IMG/VR virus record: IMGVR_UViG_3300037520_001345
DNA length: 55,665 nt
Direction: 5' to 3' (one strand)
Origin: an uncultured virus (IMG/VR IMGVR_UViG_3300037520_001345)
Taxonomy: Duplodnaviria; Heunggongvirae; Uroviricota; Caudoviricetes
The stretch's first letter is position 1; each line of letters begins with the position of its first letter. The translations under genes and the position numbers were made by a program. The notes beneath the pieces were generated by a model. It did not search any database. It was not told where the DNA came from and worked only from the letters and a program-made list of their open reading frames with translations. Below are positions 40,486 through 48,297 of the stretch, piece after piece.

Positions 40486-40689
40486 ATGTTGACAGATGAC
40501 GAGCGTATGGCTGTTTGTGATTGTGTGGCCGATTTTTCTGTTCGTCTGTTTAGTGCTGCTAGGGTTGATGAGCGGGCTATACATGATGAGTTGGATATTT
40601 TCTTTGAGTTCTTTTGTAGGGCTCTTGAGATTGCCAAGAGTGAAGGTGCGGTTAGGGTTCGTGAGTCTATTGGGGCTAGTAATAACTAA
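40486..40689 (+). CDS. Hypothetical protein
   Basis: 67 aa; GGGGAG RBS. Confidence 0.65.
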   Translation: MLTDDERMAVCDCVADFSVRLFSAARVDERAIHDELDIFFEFFCRALEIAKSEGAVRVRESIGASNN

Positions 40690-40692
40690 TCG

Positions 40693-40770
40693 TAAGTCCT
40701 TATCCTTAAACAACTTAGGGATAGGGCGGGCGGCCGAACTTGATGTAAGTGCTTGTGTATCATAGGGTTA
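40693..40770. repeat. 78-bp element, copy 9
   Basis: TAAG-N17-CTTA / TAAG-N17-GTTA. Confidence 0.9.
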
Positions 40771-40848
40771 CGTCAATGCTAAAAAATTTTTGGAATTCCT
40801 ACAGAAGCCTCTTGACAAGTGACGATAATAGATGTATACTTAGCACAT

Positions 40849-41247
40849 AAGCAGATGAGGGCCGCTGGCAGAATGATATCAAAGTAGCCACGGTTAAATG
40901 GCTGTCGAGTATGGCTCAACCCTATCTGCTTTACAATACAAAACTCGTGGGTCCATGCCTTGGACTAGGTTGGGTAACTCATTACGATAAGCATCGCATG
41001 TCGCGGCAGCGATGATGCTGACGGTGCCGGTTACGCACTGGATAGTAGTGCCAATCTATGGGGGATCGCGTCCTCACCACGTTATAATACAATCAGTAAT
41101 CGTTCCCAAGAGCCAGACAGATTGCTTCATGAACAATCTCAGGGAGGTTTCCGTGGACGGTTTCCACTAGTGTTTACCTGGCCCAAGGGTTAAAAATATC
41201 GGGTATTAGTGGAGTATAGAACCGGAGTCGTAAATGGTTCGCTGATT
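40849..41247 (+). ncRNA. Cluster of three candidate structured ncRNAs
   Basis: No long ORF, downstream of promoter 40812-40840; three self-closing stems with internal hairpins separated by A/C-rich linkers. Confidence 0.55.
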
Positions 41248-41329
41248 ACAAACAGGGGTCGGATAGAAACCAAGTTTACTGGCTGGGTTGGATAATGCGT
41301 GATACCGGACATTATTCGTAAAACTATCG

Positions 41330-41402
41330 CTGGATGTAACTCAAATGGCAGAGTTCCACACTATATGTGGCGGTGTTGCGGGTTCGAGTCCCGTCATCTG
41401 GT
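41330..41402 (+). tRNA. tRNA-like element with aberrant anticodon arm
   Basis: D arm ACTC-AAATGGCA-GAGT and T arm GCGGG-TTCGAGT-CCCGT canonical; anticodon arm CCACA-CTATA-TGTGG has a 5-nt loop. Confidence 0.6.
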
Positions 41403-41732
41403 AAGTCGATCCATTAACAGCCGGTATAATAATACAAAGGAGAAAGATGAATAAAAACGAGGCGATAATTAAGGTTCTTAGGGTTTTAAGGAGCCAATCG
41501 GCTGCTGTAAATAAACCCAATCGAGAAGAGGCATTGACTTTAGCAGAAGAGCATGGTATAACTGCTAAGGAGTTGATTGACGCTTGGGTTGAAATTTGTA
41601 GGAATATATGATCTACTTAAATATTAACGAGATCGAACGTTTGGCCGAAATTGTGGCTGAACTGGTTAAGCTGGATATGTGTGTGATTGCTGAGTTGAAG
41701 GGGACTAGGTGGAGTATTGAGGTAACTAAATA

Positions 41733-41990
41733 ATGGAATGGATTAGTTTTTTTGAACGACAGCCAGAAGACGGACAGGGTATTTGGTATTATGGTGAACA
41801 TATTGGTGTGTGGGCTGGAGAGTATTCTTATTCTCCGAATGACCCTTTTAGTCCTCATCTTATATTTTGTCATGAATCTCCCGGTCTGGTTGACCGAATG
41901 GATGCTCCGTGGTGGATGCTAGATGATGGAGTGATGAACAGGCCAATTAAACCGGCAAAAGATTATCCAGACGATTATCCTAGTGGTTGA
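41733..41990 (+). CDS. Hypothetical protein (MEWIS...ERQP, DUF551-like start)
   Basis: 85 aa. Confidence 0.65.
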   Translation: MEWISFFERQPEDGQGIWYYGEHIGVWAGEYSYSPNDPFSPHLIFCHESPGLVDRMDAPWWMLDDGVMNRPIKPAKDYPDDYPSG

Positions 41991-42106
41991 GATTATGAAA
42001 ACTTTTAGTGATATGTGTGATTGTGGCAACTGTAATGAAAGTATGTATACTGTTGATAAGTATGGTCTTGTTTGGAGTTTATGCGGAGATTGTGGTTGGT
42101 GGTACA

Positions 42107-42184
42107 TAAGTTACCGCTACATAACGACTTAGAGCAAATCGGGCGGGCCGGTTTCGACGTAAGTCCTTACCACTAAAGACTTTA
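42107..42184. repeat. 78-bp element, copy 10
   Basis: TAAG-N17-CTTA / TAAG-N17-TTTA. Confidence 0.9.
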
Positions 42185-42264
42185 CGATTAGCAATATTTT
42201 TTCAAGATTCCCTCTTGACTTGTCGATAATAGTAGTGTAAGATACTAGCAACACGAAAGGGAAA

Positions 42265-42510
42265 ATGATGACTGTTGCTGAATTGATCGAAGAACTGAAC
42301 AAGCTGCCCCAAGATATGCTTGTGCTTGTGCCGGGTTATGAGGGTGGATACGACAATATCGAAGTTCAGAGGAATGGGGCTGTTGTTCTGGACGATAATT
42401 GGGATGGACAAGAAAAGTTTTATTGGTATAATGGGCGACACGCCTCATACTACAAGGATATGGAAGGCGACGAGCCTACGTCATGCGTTGTTATCGGGAG
42501 AGGTAAATGA
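42265..42510 (+). CDS. Hypothetical phage protein
   Basis: MTVAELIEELNKLPQDMLV...GYEGG N-terminus common in small phage proteins. Confidence 0.75.
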   Translation: MMTVAELIEELNKLPQDMLVLVPGYEGGYDNIEVQRNGAVVLDDNWDGQEKFYWYNGRHASYYKDMEGDEPTSCVVIGRGK

Positions 42511-43016
42511 AAACGGTCGAAAAACACGCCGAAGTACGATTCCATCTGCTCAATGGGCAGAATTATCGGAAGTGGCAAGTAAATATTATGCAGGGTAAGA
42601 AAAGGGTTGACCAATTTTATGTAGATCCTACAGAATACCAGTTAGAGATGCGTGGTTGCAAGCTGGTAAACAAAGTAGCTAGGGCGAAATGGGTCAACAA
42701 GAAACAGAAAAAGAATGTGAGTGGATGGGTTCAGTGTGAAGAAGTTATGCTTCGCAAGGATTTTTATCCATCTTTGCCTATTGACAATCTTGAGAAGTTG
42801 TATTATAATCCCATTCGTGATGTTCACTGGCGACGAGAGAGTGATGGTGGTGAATTTGTTTGGGATAACAGTGAGTATGACACCTTAGTTACCGATGGGC
42901 GACAGGTTCATATTCTGGAAGAACGTAACGGAAATTTTGACGGTATTTACGAGATAGACCCTAAGTATACAGAAAGTTTTGGAATTTATGATCAAAATCG
43001 AACTGAGCGTGCGTGA
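42507..43016 (+). CDS. Hypothetical phage protein
   Basis: 169 aa; VRFHL..G.NYRKWQV. Confidence 0.75.
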   Translation: MKTVEKHAEVRFHLLNGQNYRKWQVNIMQGKKRVDQFYVDPTEYQLEMRGCKLVNKVARAKWVNKKQKKNVSGWVQCEEVMLRKDFYPSLPIDNLEKLYYNPIRDVHWRRESDGGEFVWDNSEYDTLVTDGRQVHILEERNGNFDGIYEIDPKYTESFGIYDQNRTERA

Positions 43017-43362
43017 GTCCCTGAACATGATTGCAAACGGTTGCAGTCTTGATATGTTCGACAAGATTGTGTGTGCGTTGGAAGTGGCACTGGGTGTGAA
43101 CCAGCGTCGTATGGTAACGATTACCGGAGGTCTGACTCTGGACAATCGTATCCATTCCATCAAGGCTATTCGGCTTCATACCGGATGGGGCTTGAAGGAA
43201 GCCAAGGATTGGAGTGACTATCTGGTTGGTGGCTGGCATTACGACAAGTTCGTTCCTGCCAAGTCCGGGGCCAAGCAGAGTATCACTCTGAAAACACCCG
43301 AAGCGGCAGAGGCACTGCTGCGTGATCTGGTGGGTTTGGGTTGTGAGGGTTATCTCTCATGA
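42988..43362 (+). CDS. Ribosomal protein L7/L12 C-terminal-domain-like protein
   Basis: RIHSIKAIRLHTGWGLKEAKDW...AAEALLRDL matches bL12 CTD pattern (KIxVIKxVRxxTGLGLKEAKD). Confidence 0.75.
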   Translation: MIKIELSVRESLNMIANGCSLDMFDKIVCALEVALGVNQRRMVTITGGLTLDNRIHSIKAIRLHTGWGLKEAKDWSDYLVGGWHYDKFVPAKSGAKQSITLKTPEAAEALLRDLVGLGCEGYLS

Positions 43363-43364
43363 CC

Positions 43365-43442
43365 TAAAGCCTTGTCCCTAAAGAACTTAGGACGAGGCGG
43401 GGCGGCCGAATTTGACGTAAGTCCTTGCTACCAAACAGCTTA
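43365..43442. repeat. 78-bp element, copy 11
   Basis: TAAA-N17-CTTA / TAAG-N17-CTTA. Confidence 0.9.
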
Positions 43443-43647
43443 GGACAAAATCAAAAATCTTTGAGAGACACTCAAGTTCGCCCTTGACAATGACGATACT
43501 ATACTGTAGAATGAGAGTATCACAAGTCAAGACTCCTCGATGATGCCAACAAGAAAAACCATCACGACGGACTTGACAAGTGGGTAACAGTAACGTATAC
43601 TGGTACTAGAACGATTTGGAAACTATAACAATTTTGGAGAAGATAAG

Positions 43648-43905
43648 ATGAAGAAGTTTACTTTTGCTGTTGACGTTGTGGCTGATGAGCTTGATCGTGA
43701 TTCTGTGGTTGATTCGATTCGTGATTGCCTGAGTACCAGCCTTCCCGGCGATGTTCATGCTAATGTCAAGGCCGGTGAGGTCAAGGCGTTCAGTGAGCAG
43801 GGATATAAGGTGTGGCGAGCTAGGGTTACGGGTGTTACTGCCGAGCAGGCCGGTGATGCCCATGATGGTAAGGTAGAAAAGGAAGCTACCGAAGCGGTTG
43901 CATGA
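43648..43905 (+). CDS. Hypothetical protein
   Basis: 85 aa; GGAG RBS; followed by GC-rich hairpin 43928-43965. Confidence 0.75.
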   Translation: MKKFTFAVDVVADELDRDSVVDSIRDCLSTSLPGDVHANVKAGEVKAFSEQGYKVWRARVTGVTAEQAGDAHDGKVEKEATEAVA

Positions 43906-43971
43906 TCGACCGTAAGGAGTTATAATGGCTGCGAGCCTCCACGGGACGCCGTGGGGGCTTGCGGTATTGAC

Positions 43972-44043
43972 GGCCCCATAGTTAAATGGATATAATAAGT
44001 GACTTCTAATCTCTAGTTGCAGGTTCGATTCCTGCTGGGGCTA
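43972..44043 (+). tRNA. tRNA-Arg(TCT)
   Basis: Cloverleaf; anticodon loop CTTCTAA; T loop TTCGATT. Confidence 0.85.
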
Positions 44044-44048
44044 TTGTT

Positions 44049-44122
44049 GGGGGTGTAGATCAATTGGTTAGATCGCTAGCTTGTCACGCTAGAGGTTGCG
44101 GGTTCGAGTCCCGTCACTCTCG
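44049..44122 (+). tRNA. tRNA-Asp(GTC)
   Basis: CTAGC-TTGTCAC-GCTAG anticodon arm. Confidence 0.9.
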
Positions 44123-44129
44123 TTTGTCG

Positions 44130-44207
44130 TAAACCCTTTGAGCATAAGCACTTAGGGCAGGCCCGGCCGCCCCGGTTCATCGTAAGTCCTTATACCACAA
44201 CAACTTG
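44130..44207. repeat. 78-bp element, copy 12
   Basis: TAAA-N17-CTTA / TAAG-N17-CTTG. Confidence 0.9.
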
Positions 44208-44287
44208 CATCAAGAATAATTTTTTGAAGTTTTTAGCTTGACTATGCCGATACTATAGTGTAGAATCGGTAGACACAGGAGAAGAAC

Positions 44288-44992
44288 ATGAAAACTGCTG
44301 ACGGTAATGATAAGTTGGGTAAGGGTTGCATTGTGGTTAGTCGTCCGGTTGGCGATACTTGCCCGCCCGATTGCGACTATCTCGGAAACGGCTGCTATGC
44401 CGAAGCTACTGAAAATCAGTATAAAAATGCCCGTACTGCCGGTTTTGCTAATGTCATAACGGAAAAGAATAAAATCCGTGCTATGATTCTGGAAGCAAAA
44501 CGTCGTGAGAAGTCTATTCGCTGGCATGAGCGTGGCGACTGGTTTCTCAATGGCGAACTTGACCTAGACTATGTTGCTAATGTAACGTGGGCTTGTGAGA
44601 GTATTCTTGCCGATGGTGATACGTTGCCCGATATGTGGTTTTATACTCATATCTACGATTCTCGGCTTGTGAGTCTGGAAAAGTATATGAATGTGTACGC
44701 TAGTGTGCATGACGATAACGATATGGGCGAAGCACTGGCACAGGGGTTCAAGCTGTTCGCATGGTGTGACAGCGACATGAAGATTGCTCCGAAGCGTCCT
44801 AAGAGCAAAGCAAAAGCCGAAGCATGGCGACAAGCACTGCCGAAGCTGGTGGTTCTCAATGCCACAAAGTTTGTGGTATGTCCAGAAATCCGTCGTGGTA
44901 GGTCAGAAATCACTTGCACCGGCACTAAAGATAGTATATCATGTGACTTGTGTGTTCGTGGTTTGGCTAATGTCTTGTTTCCAGCCCATTGA
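44288..44992 (+). CDS. Cys-rich Gp88-like phage protein (possible Fe-S enzyme)
   Basis: GNDKL...TCPPDC...CYA...IRWHERGD...YTH...CPE...TC...CDLC. Confidence 0.6.
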   Translation: MKTADGNDKLGKGCIVVSRPVGDTCPPDCDYLGNGCYAEATENQYKNARTAGFANVITEKNKIRAMILEAKRREKSIRWHERGDWFLNGELDLDYVANVTWACESILADGDTLPDMWFYTHIYDSRLVSLEKYMNVYASVHDDNDMGEALAQGFKLFAWCDSDMKIAPKRPKSKAKAEAWRQALPKLVVLNATKFVVCPEIRRGRSEITCTGTKDSISCDLCVRGLANVLFPAH

Positions 44993-45003
44993 AAGGAATA
45001 AAA

Positions 45004-45573
45004 ATGAGCTACGTTGGATTGTATGATGATGCAGGAAGTAAAAATGCTTTCTATATTGTCAAAGATAAAAAGATTGGCCGGAAGCGCGTGGGCTTCAAAG
45101 AGTTTGAGAACGAACAAGAGGCACAGTTTGCCCATCGTGTTCAGTCTCATTTGGCACAGTTTGATTTGGCCCCTATGGTATATGGGGATGTTGGTTTTAT
45201 TCGTAGGCATGATGGTGAAATGACTTGTTATGGTTATTTGACCGAAGTTGCTCGGCCTATGCCAGAATGTCATGATGACGAATATTGTGATGGTGAATGT
45301 TTTCAGAGTTGCTGTAAGAATGGTATCGCTATCATGCAAGTGGTGTCTTATTTGAGCGAATATGGTTTGGATTATAACGATGCCCATAGGGGTAACTTTG
45401 GTTTTGTTCGACGCAAAGGATACTGGATTCCAGTTGTAATTGACGTAGGTATTGAGAGTTTTAGCGATTGGGATGAAAATATTTATGGACAGTTTGATTA
45501 TGCTGCTGACGAGTTTGATGAATACGGGCGATGTAATTGTGTTCAATGCAAAAAGTTCCGAGAGGAAGAATAA
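45004..45573 (+). CDS. Minimal protein-kinase-like fold protein
   Basis: Gly loop DAGSKNAFY, VGFK lysine, LAPMVY, YLTE hinge, catalytic DAHRGN, VIDVG. Confidence 0.7.
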   Translation: MSYVGLYDDAGSKNAFYIVKDKKIGRKRVGFKEFENEQEAQFAHRVQSHLAQFDLAPMVYGDVGFIRRHDGEMTCYGYLTEVARPMPECHDDEYCDGECFQSCCKNGIAIMQVVSYLSEYGLDYNDAHRGNFGFVRRKGYWIPVVIDVGIESFSDWDENIYGQFDYAADEFDEYGRCNCVQCKKFREEE

Positions 45574-45803
45574 TGAGCAAATACTATATCAAATGTGGGA
45601 CACTAGAACTAATTTATTCCTGCAATAAATGTCCACGGGATGCTGCGATGGATGCTATATGGGAAACAAATGAAAATGATACACTAGATGAGCATATCTA
45701 TCTTGATGAACGTGGATATAAAGACTATACAAATGCTGATGGATTAACTTGCGTATTACATACTAGCCATATTCTAAAAGATGCCGGATGGACTTTAGAG
45801 TAA
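45573..45803 (+). CDS. Hypothetical protein
   Basis: MSKYYIKCGTLE...LDERG; TAATG coupling. Confidence 0.65.
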   Translation: MSKYYIKCGTLELIYSCNKCPRDAAMDAIWETNENDTLDEHIYLDERGYKDYTNADGLTCVLHTSHILKDAGWTLE

Positions 45804-45812
45804 GACTAGCCG

Positions 45813-45890
45813 CAAACCCTTACTGCGACAGCACTTAGGGCGAGCGTGGCCGCCCGGCTTTGACGTAAGTCCTTATCCCACAACGCTTTA
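45813..45890. repeat. 78-bp element, copy 13
   Basis: CAAA-N17-CTTA / TAAG-N17-TTTA. Confidence 0.9.
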
Positions 45891-45982
45891 GAGCAAATCT
45901 AAAAATCTTCTAAAGTTTCTACGCTGGATTGGTCGATAATGTAGATATGAGAACGAGACGAGAATCAACAAGGGGTGAGAGA

Positions 45983-46342
45983 ATGATCCAGTGGGTTGGG
46001 ATTGTGATTACGATTTTAGGTTTGGCATATACGGGAATCAAGGACTACCAGAAAGGGGACATAAAATTTCCCAAGATGCCTCAAAAACAGGTCTTGACAA
46101 AGGTAGTTTATCCGATACAATACTGTCTGATGGCTTACGACCCTAACATTGATAGAATTTTTTACCTACACGAAAATGGAATCTGGTATGATTACCCTCC
46201 ACAACAACGACGATATTCGACCACGCCGCAACCATATCAAGCTCAAGGTCAGGCCGCAGTGGCAAGTCCCTACGGGACACAAGGAGCATCGGTATACCGT
46301 TATGGACAATCGCCCCAAGCGTCAACGAACCCGATCCGCTGA
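45983..46342 (+). CDS. Membrane-anchored hypothetical protein
   Basis: MIQWVGIVITILGLAY N-terminal TM helix. Confidence 0.55.
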   Translation: MIQWVGIVITILGLAYTGIKDYQKGDIKFPKMPQKQVLTKVVYPIQYCLMAYDPNIDRIFYLHENGIWYDYPPQQRRYSTTPQPYQAQGQAAVASPYGTQGASVYRYGQSPQASTNPIR

Positions 46343-46392
46343 AAATCGCAGGGCTTGCGACAACGGAGACTATTGAGTATAATAGTAGGATT

Positions 46393-46465
46393 GCCGATGT
46401 AACTCAGTTGGTAGAGTAGCAGTTTTGTAAACTGCCTGTCATCAGTTCGATTCTGATCATCGGCT
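46393..46465 (+). tRNA. tRNA-Thr(TGT)
   Basis: GCAGT-TTTGTAA-ACTGC. Confidence 0.9.
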
Positions 46466-46466
46466 C

Positions 46467-46537
46467 TCCGGGATGGTGAAACGGTATCACAAAGGATTTT
46501 GGTTCCTTTTTTCTACGTTCGAATCGTAGTCCCGGAA
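46467..46537 (+). tRNA. tRNA-Gln(TTG)
   Basis: AAGGA-TTTTGGT-TCCTT. Confidence 0.85.
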
Positions 46538-46542
46538 TTTAT

Positions 46543-46614
46543 TGGCTCGTAGCTCAATGGTCGAGCTGGCGGCTGTTAACCGCCCGGTTGTAGGTTCGAG
46601 TCCTACCGAGCCAG
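46543..46614 (+). tRNA. tRNA-Asn(GTT)
   Basis: GGCGG-CTGTTAA-CCGCC. Confidence 0.9.
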
Positions 46615-46616
46615 TT

Positions 46617-46703
46617 GGAATCTTGGCCGAGTGGTTTAAGGCAGCGGTTTACTAAACCGCCGAGGGTTAAAATCCTCCGTGGGTTCGAATCCCTCAGATT
46701 CCG
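46617..46703 (+). tRNA. tRNA-Ser(ACT), long variable arm
   Basis: GCGGT-TTACTAA-ACCGC; variable arm GAGGG-TTAAAA-TCCTC; G73. Confidence 0.85.
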
Positions 46704-46754
46704 CTAAAGATTCTCTTGACAACAGACGATAACTATGGTATGATCAAACAACAC

Positions 46755-46830
46755 GGGGCGTAAGGTAAGCCGGTTGCATCCGACACTCTTATAAGGTGTT
46801 CATAGGTCTGTTCGACTCAGACACGCCCTA
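46755..46830 (+). tRNA. tRNA-Ile(TAT)
   Basis: ACACT-CTTATAA-GGTGT; atypical D arm. Confidence 0.7.
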
Positions 46831-46861
46831 TTCGGAGGCTGACGATTGAGTTACGATGGCT

Positions 46862-46933
46862 GGCCCTATAGTCTAACGGCTAGGACGACAGCCTTTCACG
46901 CTGTAGATTGGAGTTCGATTCTCCATAGGGTCA
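46862..46933 (+). tRNA. tRNA-Glu(TTC)
   Basis: ACAGC-CTTTCAC-GCTGT. Confidence 0.9.
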
Positions 46934-47058
46934 TTAGTTTCTGCTAATCCTTCGGATTTGGAAGTTTTGGGAGTAGTCAGCCAGAATTTCTAAGCCTTGA
47001 CCACTTGACAAGTCGATATTGATATGGTAGACTATTGGAACAAGAAAGGAAACCTGAG

Positions 47059-47235
47059 ATGAAGAATCTTCGTATCTATGATATTGTGACTGAGGACGGT
47101 AAGACCCTGGCCGACATTCAATTGTCCGTGCAAGAGGATTTTGATTGGGTCGATGTATTTGATAAGCTGTATGATATGACCAGTGAGAATGTAGAAAGCT
47201 ATTCTTACGAGGAGACTACAGTAAATCCCGAATAG
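47059..47235 (+). CDS. Small acidic hypothetical protein
   Basis: MKNLRIYDIVTEDG... after promoter. Confidence 0.6.
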   Translation: MKNLRIYDIVTEDGKTLADIQLSVQEDFDWVDVFDKLYDMTSENVESYSYEETTVNPE

Positions 47236-47241
47236 TTTGAT

Positions 47242-47314
47242 GGGCCTTTAGCTCAATTGGCAGAGCAAGGAGCTTTTAACTCTTAGGTTCGGGGTTCGAG
47301 TCCCCGAGGGCCCA
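47242..47314 (+). tRNA. tRNA-Lys(TTT)
   Basis: AGGAG-CTTTTAA-CTCTT. Confidence 0.9.
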
Positions 47315-47366
47315 CTTGACAGAGACAATTGTTGGTGTAGAATACAGGTAAGAAAGGGAGTAAATT

Positions 47367-47546
47367 ATGAGATATGAAGATCACTACGACGGCTACAATT
47401 ATGACTATGATGATCTTCTAGAAAATACTGAGGATCTTGGTCTAGAAGAAGAACCTTGGATGCAAGACATTGAGGAGGATGATGATCAGGTTCCATCTTA
47501 TGGAAAAAATTATTATCCAAACATTTCAGAAGAAGATGACGATTAA
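47367..47546 (+). CDS. Extremely acidic peptide (59 aa)
   Basis: MRYEDHYDGYNYDYDDLLENTEDLGLEEEPW...EEDDD; own promoter and GGGAG RBS. Confidence 0.65.
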   Translation: MRYEDHYDGYNYDYDDLLENTEDLGLEEEPWMQDIEEDDDQVPSYGKNYYPNISEEDDD

Positions 47547-47641
47547 TATTGTGGATGCTTCTAGGTGGGACTAGAATCTTTTCTATTATTTCTTTCTTTT
47601 CTTGATAAAGTACGTTCGAATCGTACCATCCACTCTTTTTT

Positions 47642-48145
47642 ATGAACACTTTCCAGCAAGAACTTGATGATTTTCGTCGTACCCCTGACGGAAAGATTAT
47701 CCAAGGCGCTGCCCATACCAGCAGAGTATTGAATCACAAATATCGAAATAGTGTGATTATCAAGGCTATCTGTTCTCTGCGTAAGATTGAGAATAATTTT
47801 GATAGTATTGCTTGCTGTGGAGTAAGTGGCTTGATGGTGGTACCACAGATTGCAGAGATTCTTAATAAGAATATTATTGTTATTCGTAAGGGTGAGCGAC
47901 GGTATAGTGAATTCTTTATCGAAGGCGTTGCTCCATCTAATTATGTTATTGTGGATGATTTGATTTGTTCGGGAAGCACAGTTAAACGCATTATGAACAA
48001 TATTCATGATGATGTTCCACGAGCAAAATGTATTGGTGCATATTTTTATATGGGAGAAGAGTGCGCCTATAATGCTTCCAATTCTAAACTTTTTGAGAAG
48101 CAGTTTGGAACGATCATCCTAAACCCTTACCAGCCAAAGACTTAG
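47642..48145 (+). CDS. Type I phosphoribosyltransferase-domain protein
   Basis: PRPP-binding loop VIVDDLICSGST; IACCGVSG; VIRK. Confidence 0.85.
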   Translation: MNTFQQELDDFRRTPDGKIIQGAAHTSRVLNHKYRNSVIIKAICSLRKIENNFDSIACCGVSGLMVVPQIAEILNKNIIVIRKGERRYSEFFIEGVAPSNYVIVDDLICSGSTVKRIMNNIHDDVPRAKCIGAYFYMGEECAYNASNSKLFEKQFGTIILNPYQPKT

Positions 48146-48197
48146 AACAAAGCTGGCCCGCCCCGGCCTCCGTAAGTGCTTACGCAGCAACGACTTA
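48120..48197. repeat. 78-bp element, copy 14 (overlaps PRTase 3' end)
   Basis: TAAA-N17-CTTA / TAAG-N17-CTTA. Confidence 0.9.
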
Positions 48198-48297
48198 CGA
48201 CACGAAATTTTTTCCAAAGTTTTTGCTTGACAGTGACGATAACATACTGTAGAATGAGTGAAGTAGAACGATTGAACACAACACGAAAGGGATGATT

